From Candidatus Heimdallarchaeota archaeon (GTDB lineage: Archaea; Asgardarchaeota; Heimdallarchaeia; Heimdallarchaeales; Kariarchaeaceae), in assembly GCA_015523565.1 (NCBI GenBank), contig WAKA01000207.1, forward strand, positions 1 to 57,654: a stretch of DNA of 57,654 nucleotides, written 5' to 3'. Position numbers and translations under genes: made by a program. The notes below the pieces were generated by a model. The model ran no database searches and was not told the origin of the DNA. It saw nothing but the letters and a program-made list of their open reading frames with translations. Shown in pieces: positions 41,752 to 51,551 of the stretch; position 1 is the first letter of the stretch, and each line of letters begins with the position of its first letter.

Positions 41752-42279
41752 ATGGGTAAAAGACAAAGCATTCGTGTAGAGCTTGAAGGTGAAATTTTGA
41801 AAACTTTTCTCGAGCTAAAGGAAATCCACAATTTCAAAACAAATACTGAATGCATTAGATGGTGTATTTCTGAGGCCTCAAATGAATCCGCGATTGACCT
41901 GACCAAAGAACAAATGAACCTAATACAGACGTTGATTAAGAAACCCCAAATCAGAAAGAAATTTTTAGTTTTCAACCGCAGGGAGTTTATCAAAAAATCT
42001 TTGGATCATTATATTGAATTTATTGAGAAAAATATGCCAAGCATTCAAGATTGGGATGTCCGAAATTCTTTACCTGAAGAAGAGCTTGACATAGCTTTGG
42101 CGGTAATTAAGTGTCAAGCGAACAATCCAATTGACATGGTAACCCTCGATGAGGTTATTTCTGAACTAAATACAAAAAACACATACCATGTCCGAAAAAT
42201 CCTCGAAAAATTCATTGATGAGGGAATTCTGGATGTCATTGAGCATAAAGGAAAAACATATTATCATGCAAGGAAATAA
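41752..42279 (+). CDS. Putative DNA-binding protein (RHH-like N-terminus, C-terminal wHTH)
   Basis: SIRVEL...FLELKE, and VTLDEVISEL...VRKILEKFIDEGIL...YY. Confidence 0.65.
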   Translation: MGKRQSIRVELEGEILKTFLELKEIHNFKTNTECIRWCISEASNESAIDLTKEQMNLIQTLIKKPQIRKKFLVFNRREFIKKSLDHYIEFIEKNMPSIQDWDVRNSLPEEELDIALAVIKCQANNPIDMVTLDEVISELNTKNTYHVRKILEKFIDEGILDVIEHKGKTYYHARK

Positions 42280-42307
42280 AGTAATGATTATCAATATTTA
42301 AAAAAAT

Positions 42308-43507
42308 ATGATGTGTCCTGAAATTATGGATATCCCTGATGACCTAAGGGGAAAAATTGAATGGGTAGAACCCAGTCCTCCATCACATGGTCTATCTTAT
42401 GATGAAATAAAAAACTCTCTTATCCCCTTTTTAAAAAAATTGCCAAAAGACCCAATTTTGATAGTGATCAACGACGCACACCGATCAACTCCATCCCATG
42501 TCATCTTAAAAATTATTTTGGAAAACAATGTCAATATTGGGCTGATCGCAATTGCAACAGGAAGCCATTCACAACCAAATAAGGACGAAATAGAGACAAT
42601 TTTCCAAGACATTGACATTTCATCTCTTCCAATTCATTATCATAATGGCTCTCTTCCCATTTCTGAATACCTGAACCTTGGTAAAACAAAAAGAGGTACT
42701 AAAGTTTTCATCAACCCTATTGTTAATGAATTTCAAACCATTTTAACAATCAACTCTGTTGAACCCCACTATTTCGCGGGATTTACTGGTGGTATCAAAT
42801 CTGTTGTTCCAGGGTTGGCAAGTGTCAAAACAATTGAAAAAAACCATGCTTGGGCATTGTCTAATGATTCGGGACCCACATTGACAAATGGGAACCCTGT
42901 TTTTGAAGATTTATGGGAATGTGGAAGTAAAATTCAATCTTCAATCCTTGGAATTCAACTGGTTAATATTGGGTCTAGAATATTCGGTATTTTTTGCGGG
43001 AACCTCAGGGAAGCATTTGAAAAAGCTAAATCACTTTCCTCAAAAATATTTGTAAAATCATTTTCAACACAATTTGACTTGGTTATTTCCCATGTTATTG
43101 GTCCAATTTCTCGTAGTCTTTACCAAGCCCAGAAAGGATTGGAAAACACTCGCCAAGTTCTCAAGAAAGGAGGGACGATTGTCTTGGTCGCTGAATGCAA
43201 GAAAGGAATCGGAAATACTGCTTTTTTTGAAACGCTTAGCAAATATGATAATCCCTCTGATGTGGTTAATTCCATCTCTATTGAAAATTATAGGTTTGGA
43301 GACCATAAAGCCGCTAAATTCGCAAGCCTTGCACTTTACGCCAATTTGAGGATTTGTTCCTCATTGTCAGAAGAAACAATTCATTCTGTCTTTGCAGAAA
43401 AAATTCTTGCAACTGATCTTTCCTCCCTAATTCGAAAATTTGTAGAAGAAGGAAAATCTGTTCTCTATGTACATGATTCTGGCAATGTAGTTGTGACAAT
43501 CAACTAA
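42308..43507 (+). CDS. LarA family nickel-pincer racemase/epimerase
   Basis: NDAHRSTP, ATGSH, PHYFAGFTGGIKS..PG, NH, YQAQK, AEC..G.G. Confidence 0.88.
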   Translation: MMCPEIMDIPDDLRGKIEWVEPSPPSHGLSYDEIKNSLIPFLKKLPKDPILIVINDAHRSTPSHVILKIILENNVNIGLIAIATGSHSQPNKDEIETIFQDIDISSLPIHYHNGSLPISEYLNLGKTKRGTKVFINPIVNEFQTILTINSVEPHYFAGFTGGIKSVVPGLASVKTIEKNHAWALSNDSGPTLTNGNPVFEDLWECGSKIQSSILGIQLVNIGSRIFGIFCGNLREAFEKAKSLSSKIFVKSFSTQFDLVISHVIGPISRSLYQAQKGLENTRQVLKKGGTIVLVAECKKGIGNTAFFETLSKYDNPSDVVNSISIENYRFGDHKAAKFASLALYANLRICSSLSEETIHSVFAEKILATDLSSLIRKFVEEGKSVLYVHDSGNVVVTIN

Positions 43508-43560
43508 TTGTGTCGTCACCATATTTTTATGTGATATTTTTACAAGCTAATTGAGGAACA

Positions 43561-44400
43561 TTGGTTAAGATAATTACGGATTCGGCATCAGATATCCCAA
43601 CTGAACTTGTCACTCGATATGATATCACTGTAATTCCCGCATTTGTTTGGTTTGGAGGGGAAAAATACGCTGATGGCATAGACATCGAAAAGCATGAATT
43701 TTATGATCGTCTGGTAAAAAGTGATTTAGTGCCAAGGACAACACACGCAAGTCCAAGAACCTTTTTACATGAGTTCAAGAAACATAGGGAACCTGTTTTG
43801 GCAATTCTGACATCAAAAAAACTTTCTCCTTTTTATTATTCTGCAGAGCTTGCAGTACAAAAATTCTCATTGACCCATGTAACACTTTATGATTCTGAAA
43901 CCGTTTCAATGGGTCTTGGTCAACTTGTTCTTACTGCCGCCAAACTTATAGAAACTGGTCATTCCATTGATGATGTCCTATATGTCTTAGATGAAATGAA
44001 AAAAAAGCAATCCCTATTTGTTTTATTGGATACCTTGAAATACATTGTACGGGGTGGACGAGCCAAACGTTCCCAAGAAGTTCTATCCAACCTTTTGAAT
44101 ATAAAACCAGTCCTTCACATAAAGGACGGGGAACTTCACCCTTTTGATAAGGGATTTGGATACGAAAAAACCAAAGAGAAAGTTCTGAAATCTGTAGAAA
44201 AACTTTACCAAGGTACGCCCAATTTAATTGTCAGCATTCTTTATTCCACAAATCTCTTGGCAGGACAGGAATTCTATTCCGAAATTGTTGAACTCCTTAA
44301 TCCAAAAACCATCTATATGGCGAAAGTTGGTCCCAGTGTTGGCTCTAATGTTGGTCCAAATGCATTAGCTTTGGCAATTGCCCCCGAAGTTAAACCATAA
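43561..44400 (+). CDS. DegV (FakB-like) fatty-acid-binding protein
   Basis: KIITDSASD, DSETVSMG, L.YIVRGGR, NIKP, NVGP. Confidence 0.9.
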   Translation: MVKIITDSASDIPTELVTRYDITVIPAFVWFGGEKYADGIDIEKHEFYDRLVKSDLVPRTTHASPRTFLHEFKKHREPVLAILTSKKLSPFYYSAELAVQKFSLTHVTLYDSETVSMGLGQLVLTAAKLIETGHSIDDVLYVLDEMKKKQSLFVLLDTLKYIVRGGRAKRSQEVLSNLLNIKPVLHIKDGELHPFDKGFGYEKTKEKVLKSVEKLYQGTPNLIVSILYSTNLLAGQEFYSEIVELLNPKTIYMAKVGPSVGSNVGPNALALAIAPEVKP

Positions 44401-44413
44401 GGGGACAATCAAA

Positions 44414-45472
44414 ATGAAACTCATCCAATTACCTCCTCCAGTTCTTACTTTGATTCCAGAAAATGATGATGACATTTATGTCCTTTACACCTTTATCAAA
44501 ACTGGTGATATAATAAAGGCCAAGACCTCTAGAAAAATCAAAAAAGAAGGCTCTGATGACGCATACAGGGAAACAGCAGTCATTTCAATTGCCGTTGAAA
44601 AAATTGAATACAAAAGTTATGGCGATTTTCTTAGAATTAGGGGTATTATAGTAGATTCTTCAAATCCAGATATATCACTTTCCTCTTATCATACATTGAC
44701 TCTAAAACCTAAATTGCAATTATCAATCAAACGCGATAACTGGGATATGGAAAGCATTGCTGAGCTTAACTCTCCCTCTAACATGGGTGAAACTTCTCTT
44801 CTTCTTCTTGTCATTGACGATGAAGTTGCAACTATTGCCAAATTGGGACGGTTTGCAACACAAGTGATCACTGAGATCCATTCAAATCTTCCAAGGAAAG
44901 CTCATAATACTCAATATTTGTCCCTGAAAAAGGAATATCATCAAAATATCCTTGAAACCTTACTTGACCTTGAAAAAACCTCTTCTTCTGATAAAATAAT
45001 TATTGGTGGTCCTGGTTTTGAAAAAGACGAATTTTTCGATTACTTAAAAACCCATGCTCCACAAATCATCAAGAAAATCCATTTGATACCAATTAAAAAC
45101 CATGGAAGAAATGGACTTCGCGAACTTATTGCCAAAAAAGAACTCAAGTCTTTTACGGTAGTCAATCATGCACAAGAAGAATCCGATTTTTTAACTCAGT
45201 TTCTTACCGAACTATCAAAAGAAAACGGAAAGGCCGTCTATGGCTTGGAATCTATCCAAAAAGCCGCAGAAATCGGTGCCATTGAAAAATTGGGTGTGCT
45301 TGACAAGCTATTACATGGTGACATCTCTCTTAGAAACAAAATTGAGGAAATCCAAAAGCTTGTTAAACGATACTCTGGCTCAACCATCTTAATCAGTAGC
45401 AACCACCCCTATTCCAATGAATTTGAGGCATTTGGTGGAATCGTTGCACTCTTACGCTACCCGCTACCTTAA
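44414..45472 (+). CDS. Pelota/Dom34 ribosome rescue factor
   Basis: PENDDDIY.L...I..GD, LRIRG, YHTL, GPGFEK, FGGIVALLRY. Confidence 0.92.
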   Translation: MKLIQLPPPVLTLIPENDDDIYVLYTFIKTGDIIKAKTSRKIKKEGSDDAYRETAVISIAVEKIEYKSYGDFLRIRGIIVDSSNPDISLSSYHTLTLKPKLQLSIKRDNWDMESIAELNSPSNMGETSLLLLVIDDEVATIAKLGRFATQVITEIHSNLPRKAHNTQYLSLKKEYHQNILETLLDLEKTSSSDKIIIGGPGFEKDEFFDYLKTHAPQIIKKIHLIPIKNHGRNGLRELIAKKELKSFTVVNHAQEESDFLTQFLTELSKENGKAVYGLESIQKAAEIGAIEKLGVLDKLLHGDISLRNKIEEIQKLVKRYSGSTILISSNHPYSNEFEAFGGIVALLRYPLP

Positions 45473-45698
45473 ATCCCTTGACTACAGGATTAATATACTT
45501 AGTCTACAAAATATTAATTCATTCCTTCTCTTCAAAAAAATCAAAACCCATCTTTGTAGTGTAAATTGCTATACTTTCTCCAACCTTCTACACAATATTT
45601 GCTCAAGGTTTCTTTCTTTATTAGGCGATTCTTGACCTGCTTTTCATCCAAAGCGTTATGGTTATTAGCATGTATGTCTATTTATTTATTGAATCTTC

Positions 45699-46016
45699 AT
45701 GTCCATTTATACACTCCCTTATCCTGCATTGGAGATCCTGAAAATACTTGCCAAACATGGAAGCTTAACTGCCAAAGAAATTCAAGAGCATTTGGGTAAG
45801 GATGTTGAACCAAAAGCAATCAAGTATGCTCTTAGAAGGTTATTGGAAAATAAGGTGATTTATAGGGTTCCAAACTTGTTGGACATGAGATCTGTATATT
45901 ATCGTACCGCTACACGTGAAGAACTTTCAGATCTTGCCAATGATCTGTCACCTGAAATAACAGAACAAATAATTGAGGCAATGGAACAAGGAAATGACAA
46001 TTTTCTTCAAGCTTAA
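45699..46016 (+). CDS. Winged-helix transcriptional regulator
   Basis: LTAKEI, YALRRLL, PNLLDMR..YY. Confidence 0.85.
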   Translation: MSIYTLPYPALEILKILAKHGSLTAKEIQEHLGKDVEPKAIKYALRRLLENKVIYRVPNLLDMRSVYYRTATREELSDLANDLSPEITEQIIEAMEQGNDNFLQA

Positions 46017-47557
46017 ATTTTCTTTTCTGATTTTACCCTATTGATGATCATTCCCGAAATCTTTACTGCCATATAATTTGTAGCCACTTGGATTGCGGAT
46101 GACAATTTTGCATCAGAGTTTGAATAAATCGTGAAAAGCGGATCTCCTTCTTTTACATATGCTCCTATTCTTGTGTGCAACACTATTCCGCTTTCTTTTG
46201 AACTTGGGGCTCCTGCCGCGGCACATATCAGTTTTGTTCCCCTATTTGAAATTGAACGGACATAACCATCTTGAGATGCGCATATTGTGTATGTGTACTC
46301 TCCGACATTGATATCATTTGATGTGATGTTGGGATCCCCTCCCTGTGCTTCTATGATTTCCTTGAATTTTTTCAAGGCCTTGCCTGATTCTATCAACTCT
46401 CTTGCCACTTCCGACCCGCGGTTAATTGATGCCACTCCTCCCATCTCAAGCAATGTCCCTGCTAATTCCAATGATTTTGTATAGGCTGTATTTTTGACTT
46501 TTCCTTCCAAAATCTCAAGAGCCTCTTTTGCTTCAAGTGCTGGTCCAATATTTGTTCCGATTGGTGTGTCCCCCAAGGTCATCGCAGCTTCAACATTTAT
46601 TCCAACTCTATGACATAATCCAACCAATCTATGCGCAAAATTCATGGCTTCCTCTGTAGTTTGCATTTTTGTATATTTCCCTGTGGGAATGTCAATGACC
46701 AAATTCTTGATTCCCATTGCTATTTTTGTGGAAATTATTGCAGAAAGCATCTGGTCTTGTGGATCTACATCAAGAAACTTTTTGACTTTTGCAACTATTC
46801 CATCCATCGGACTAAGTTTGAGTGGTTCATTGTGAACAATCATGCCCCTTGTTCTTGGTGCAATTTCACTTACTTCATCAGGCGAAAATTCCACTTCTGC
46901 TAGCACTTCCATTGAATCCGCAGTTCCTGAAGGTGATGTAATTGCTCGACTACTGGTTTTTGGGATCAACAATCCTGCTGAGGCAATTGTTGGAACAATT
47001 ACCAATGAGACCTTATTCCCTGGAACCCCTCCAATCGAATGCTTGTCGAATGTTTTTTCTTGAAAATCGAACTGTGTGCCCTGTTCCGCCATGCTTACTG
47101 CAAACGCGGTCATCTCCTCCTCTGAAAACCCCTGAAATTCACTTGTTAAAACAAATTCGCCAATTTCCAAATTTATATAATTTCTTTTTGAAATGTCATT
47201 TACAATTGCATAAACATCATTTTGTGTCCATGCTTTTCCTTTCATTTTTTGCTTCAATAGATCCAAACTTGCAGGTGTTCTCCTGTTAGCCAACAAAACT
47301 TCATCTCCATCCCTTACATTCAACCATTCTGCATCAGGTGCTGAAATTCCCACCACATTGTTTTCCACAATCCCTTCTGTAACTACTGGTGTTGCTGAGA
47401 ATGACTTGCCTGAAACTTCATGTCGAACCATTACAACTGCTGTATGTTTGAATTTAAGTCGAGATGCAGTTTGGTGTGATATCATTACAGTCGGATCTAC
47501 CGATCGAATATCTAAAATCTTAACAGGAAGCTTGATCACATAGTAATAAGAACTCAA
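46013..47557 (-). CDS. AMP phosphorylase (thymidine phosphorylase family)
   Basis: N-terminal beta-barrel, DKHSIGGVPGNK, PKTSSRAITSPSGTAD, GPALEA. Confidence 0.93.
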   Translation of the reverse strand: MSSYYYVIKLPVKILDIRSVDPTVMISHQTASRLKFKHTAVVMVRHEVSGKSFSATPVVTEGIVENNVVGISAPDAEWLNVRDGDEVLLANRRTPASLDLLKQKMKGKAWTQNDVYAIVNDISKRNYINLEIGEFVLTSEFQGFSEEEMTAFAVSMAEQGTQFDFQEKTFDKHSIGGVPGNKVSLVIVPTIASAGLLIPKTSSRAITSPSGTADSMEVLAEVEFSPDEVSEIAPRTRGMIVHNEPLKLSPMDGIVAKVKKFLDVDPQDQMLSAIISTKIAMGIKNLVIDIPTGKYTKMQTTEEAMNFAHRLVGLCHRVGINVEAAMTLGDTPIGTNIGPALEAKEALEILEGKVKNTAYTKSLELAGTLLEMGGVASINRGSEVARELIESGKALKKFKEIIEAQGGDPNITSNDINVGEYTYTICASQDGYVRSISNRGTKLICAAAGAPSSKESGIVLHTRIGAYVKEGDPLFTIYSNSDAKLSSAIQVATNYMAVKISGMIINRVKSEKKI

Positions 47558-47620
47558 AATGATAAAAACGTTTCAATGATACTCCCCCAAAAGGTAAATC
47601 TCTTGGAAGAAACTTTCCAT

Positions 47621-48106
47621 TTACCGTTCTTTTGTAATGTCTATCGTTATATCTGCCACATTCTTCAATGAAATCGAAAACCCCGGATCAAACCCCAGAA
47701 TTGCTGTTTTTATCCCTTTTTCCTTCAGTTTCATCAGTATTGGCGTACATCTTGCATCTCTGCTTCCAAGAAGGATGATGTTCCCTGTATTTCGTTTTGC
47801 TATTTCCAATACCAATAATCCCATTCTGATATGCACATCCTCTGTTGCTACAATTGGCGTATATCCACTATTTATGACCGCTTGAATCAATGCCTCGCTT
47901 GCATGCCTATTTAGCAAGACATATTTTTCCCCCAAATTTCCAAGTTGTGATGCATATCGGTCTATATCGTCAAGCTTCAGTTGTTTTGATCCAACTTTTC
48001 TCAATAAGTTCGGTCCATCCACAATAATTGACACTGTTTCTTTTCGCCTCAGTAAATTCCTGATGATATTTAATCTTCCTGCTTCACTTGATGAAATGGT
48101 TCTCAC
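47621..48106 (-). CDS. NYN domain (TIGR00288-like) protein, possibly inactive
   Basis: VDGPNLLRK, L.QAV..SG, PGFS.SLKN.AD. Confidence 0.75.
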   Translation of the reverse strand: MRTISSSEAGRLNIIRNLLRRKETVSIIVDGPNLLRKVGSKQLKLDDIDRYASQLGNLGEKYVLLNRHASEALIQAVINSGYTPIVATEDVHIRMGLLVLEIAKRNTGNIILLGSRDARCTPILMKLKEKGIKTAILGFDPGFSISLKNVADITIDITKER

Positions 48107-48109
48107 TCC

Positions 48110-49573
48110 TTATGTCATTGCCATAAGATACTCTAAAGAAAACGGAGATCGCCTGTCATCAGATGGACTTATGTACATGACATTTCCGTCCCTTCTCACA
48201 TTTACCAATCCATGATCCGCAAGCTCAATGATTGCCCTATGGACGATTTCTCTGGGCAAATTCATGCTTACCATAATGTCCTTCAAACGTATCTCTATCC
48301 CTATGCTTTCAACAATTGCTAATGTTCTATATTTAATGTCATAAACCATGATTCCCTTCAAATACTCAAAGCTATCCGTAAATTCCTTGAGTTTGGATCT
48401 TAGGTCTTCTAACTCTTGTTCCATTGTTTCCTTTTCCTCTTGGGACAATGAAACCTTTCCCTCATATTGTTTAAGTTTATTTTCAGCATCTCTGTAGTCC
48501 ATTTCAATTTTTTCCTTGTTTTTCTTTAATTCCTCGTATGAGGCAAGCAGTGCATTATATCGTTCCTGTAAATCTTTTTCCTCCTGCTCTAAATTCTTGA
48601 TCCGGTTTGAGAGCCCTGATAGCTGGTTTTTTGTCTGTACATTTTCATTCGTTATCTGTTCCAATTTCAGTTGCTTTTCTTCAAGATCCAATTTTAACCT
48701 TCGTATTTCTTCTTTAAGTTCAACTTCCTTTGATTTCATTGAAAAAAGTTCATTCTGTGCATTGTCCAATTTTTGTTGCAGTTGGGTAATAAACTCATTT
48801 GATACACTGCTTTGCCGAGAAAGTAGTTCCCTTTCCCTTTCAGTAAGTTCTCGAATGGTCTGTCTTAAATTCTCCATCTCTTGCAATTTTTCAAGTGCTT
48901 TCCGGTTTTCATTTTGCAGATGGGCAATAATATTGTCTCTCTCTGCCAATGCTGTTTGCATTTCTTCCATATCTCCAGAGGATTCAAGCATCCTGTTCCC
49001 TAATATGTTGACTTGGTCTTCCATCTGCTTCAAGCGAATTGTCAGGTTTTCGATTTCCTCATTTTTTTGTTTGAGTTCTGCTTGCATCGCCGTTAACTCA
49101 TTTTGAAGTCTAATGTTTTCTGATTGAATGTCTGAATAATTTTCTGTTTGACTGATCAACTGCATTTCATAATCTGACAGTCTTGCATCCTTTTCCATTT
49201 GTTCTGCCAATATCTCCTGAAGTTTTTGGAATTCCCTTAATATTTCTTCCTTAACCATCCCTGTATTTACAAATGCAGATTCTATTCCCTCTCTAATATA
49301 ATGCGCAGCAGTTGCCACAATGCGTAAATGAATGCTATTCTTATAGAAATTCAAAAAGAAATCCCTATATCTCCCACTTAAGTCATTAATGTCTGAATAT
49401 GTATACGCGGATTTCCCCATTTGGGTGAATTCTGTCTTAATCTCTTCACTTTTTTCCCGAATTTGCCTTTCAACTTCCATTTTTTCTTTCATCATTTTTG
49501 ATAGGAATTCCAAGACGGATTCTCTAATAACCGAAATATTTGAAATATCTTCAGGGGCAGGTAATGAACTCAT
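48110..49573 (-). CDS. Long coiled-coil protein with C-terminal winged helix
   Basis: About 300 aa of heptad-rich sequence, then IRLKDI..SM......HRAIIELADHGLV. Confidence 0.8.
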   Translation of the reverse strand: MSSLPAPEDISNISVIRESVLEFLSKMMKEKMEVERQIREKSEEIKTEFTQMGKSAYTYSDINDLSGRYRDFFLNFYKNSIHLRIVATAAHYIREGIESAFVNTGMVKEEILREFQKLQEILAEQMEKDARLSDYEMQLISQTENYSDIQSENIRLQNELTAMQAELKQKNEEIENLTIRLKQMEDQVNILGNRMLESSGDMEEMQTALAERDNIIAHLQNENRKALEKLQEMENLRQTIRELTERERELLSRQSSVSNEFITQLQQKLDNAQNELFSMKSKEVELKEEIRRLKLDLEEKQLKLEQITNENVQTKNQLSGLSNRIKNLEQEEKDLQERYNALLASYEELKKNKEKIEMDYRDAENKLKQYEGKVSLSQEEKETMEQELEDLRSKLKEFTDSFEYLKGIMVYDIKYRTLAIVESIGIEIRLKDIMVSMNLPREIVHRAIIELADHGLVNVRRDGNVMYISPSDDRRSPFSLEYLMAMT

Positions 49574-49627
49574 CTAATCATAATTTATTTCCTTAGATAA
49601 AGGCTTTTCTCTCTCATTAGAGATAAA

Positions 49628-50059
49628 TTAATCAACTTGATTCAAATCAATGAGCTTTATACCTGTTTCATTTGAAAATTTGATTATCCTCTCATCCCTA
49701 TAGAATTCCAAATAATAGATCTCCTTTATCCCTGCATTTGCAATAAGCTTGAAACAATGAAAGCAAGGGGAGGCAGTAACATATATCGAAGCTCCCTCTA
49801 TTTTTACTCCATGTTTTGCCGCTTGAACAATAGCATTTGCCTCCGCATGCACTGTCCTAATGCAATGCCCATTTTCAATAAGACAGCCAACTTCTGTGCA
49901 ATGTGGTAATCCCCTGATTGATCCATTATACCCTGTACTCAAGATATTTTTGTCTTTGATAATGACCGCCCCCACTTGTTTTCTAGGGCATGTGCTTCGC
50001 GTTGCCACCTGCTTTGCCAATTGACCAAAGTATTGATCCCAGCTTGGTCTCTTATCCAC
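49628..50059 (-). CDS. dCMP deaminase (ComEB family)
   Basis: RSTC.R.QVGA, TGYNG, HAEANA, PCFHC. Confidence 0.93.
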   Translation of the reverse strand: MDKRPSWDQYFGQLAKQVATRSTCPRKQVGAVIIKDKNILSTGYNGSIRGLPHCTEVGCLIENGHCIRTVHAEANAIVQAAKHGVKIEGASIYVTASPCFHCFKLIANAGIKEIYYLEFYRDERIIKFSNETGIKLIDLNQVD

Positions 50060-50149
50060 GACATTACTGGAAAATTTCTCCCCTTCAATCTTTTGTTTCT
50101 TTCAATGACGCATCGCTATGTTTAGAAAGCAATTTGCATATGTCAATAT

Positions 50150-50632
50150 ATGCCTACAAAGGGAATTATCCACACCCCTCGAGGGGACATGAGATTCGAG
50201 CTTTATGATGAAGCAACCCCCAACACTGTGAAAAACTTTGTTAGCCTTATCCAATCTGGTTTTTATGATGATGCTGCATTTCATCGTGTAATCCCCGGTT
50301 TTGTTGCACAAGGTGGTTGTCCTTACAAAAACGGGACTGGCGGTCCTGGATACCGGATCAGATGTGAAGTTGATGCACCAAAACAAAAACATGTTTTAGG
50401 CGCATTGTCTATGGCTCATGCAGGACGTGATACTGGTGGGTCCCAATTTTTTATTGTCCTTGACGAAGAAAATACAAAACACCTTGACAGAAAACACACT
50501 GTTTTCGGCAAACTTTCAGACAATGAAAGCATTCAAGTTGCATTGAAACTTGAACCCATGGATTCATTTTCAATTGAACTAACTTTTGTTGATCCAAACA
50601 CGGAAGCAAGGGAACTGGAAAAACTCCCCTAA
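50150..50632 (+). CDS. Cyclophilin-type peptidyl-prolyl isomerase
   Basis: [35 protein letters not shown]. Confidence 0.95.
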   Translation: MPTKGIIHTPRGDMRFELYDEATPNTVKNFVSLIQSGFYDDAAFHRVIPGFVAQGGCPYKNGTGGPGYRIRCEVDAPKQKHVLGALSMAHAGRDTGGSQFFIVLDEENTKHLDRKHTVFGKLSDNESIQVALKLEPMDSFSIELTFVDPNTEARELEKLP

Positions 50633-50677
50633 ATCAACCACAAATAAGTGTTTATTAATTTGTAATGAGAGTAAATA

Positions 50678-51283
50678 TTGATGCAACTAAAAATACTTGA
50701 TATGTTTGCCTGTCCAAGATGTGTTCAAGAAGGAAAATCATCTGACAGAAAATATCTTGTCAAGGGAGATTTCAATGAGATAAAAATATTTGATGGATTC
50801 ATAGAATGTAGTAACAATCACCGTTGGCAAATCCGAGATGAATTGTTGAAGTTTGATGAAATGGCAAGCTCTGAATATCTCTATTCACCATATGATATTG
50901 AATACAAAGAAATATCTCCAATCCCGCCAAATGTCACGGATTTTGATTCATTTCTTGTTATTGTCAAAATGGCAACCAAAAAGGCAATGTCACAAGGGAA
51001 AATCATCGCCGTTTTTGGCTTTCCCATTAATTTTCTGGAATCCCTCGATGCAGTGGATCGACCTTTGATTGTAGTCAATGAAAACGAAGCAATCTTAAGG
51101 AAATCTCAGGAAATCGCAGCTAAAAATGGATTTTTTGATTTCCTAACTGTTGTCAAGGCAAAATCTGTGGTTTTCAATAATCCAGACCGTATCTTCCAAA
51201 TTTCAATACTTGATGAAAATGTATCTTCTGCATTGTCCATTCGGATGACGGATGATGGTTCATTCCAAATTGAAGAAAGTTGA
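50678..51283 (+). CDS. Trm112-like zinc-ribbon fused to a degenerate Rossmann/methyltransferase-like domain
   Basis: LDMFACPRC...I.DG.IEC..H.W.I.D; C-terminal VVNENEAILRK..E.A. Confidence 0.55.
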   Translation: MMQLKILDMFACPRCVQEGKSSDRKYLVKGDFNEIKIFDGFIECSNNHRWQIRDELLKFDEMASSEYLYSPYDIEYKEISPIPPNVTDFDSFLVIVKMATKKAMSQGKIIAVFGFPINFLESLDAVDRPLIVVNENEAILRKSQEIAAKNGFFDFLTVVKAKSVVFNNPDRIFQISILDENVSSALSIRMTDDGSFQIEES

Positions 51284-51337
51284 TTGTTTGGATGCAATGA
51301 TTTTTCAATGGAATAATTAAAAACGATTTGAAGAACT

Positions 51338-51523
51338 ATGTCGATGAGGCAACAAAAGAAAAAAGACAGCGCCCCCATGCCTTCAACAGGGGCTGGGTTG
51401 ATGAGATATTTTGACGAAGAATTGCCTGGAAGGAAAATCAGTGCAAACGGCACTTTAATTTTTACAGCTGTTCTTATTGCATTTGTAATATTGTTGAATT
51501 CCCCTGCAAATCCTTTTAAATAA
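51338..51523 (+). CDS. Sec61beta/SecG translocase subunit
   Basis: MPSTGAGLMRYFDEE..KI plus one TM. Confidence 0.92.
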   Translation: MSMRQQKKKDSAPMPSTGAGLMRYFDEELPGRKISANGTLIFTAVLIAFVILLNSPANPFK

Positions 51524-51551
51524 AAAGATTTTAGCTTAATTCAAATGCCAA

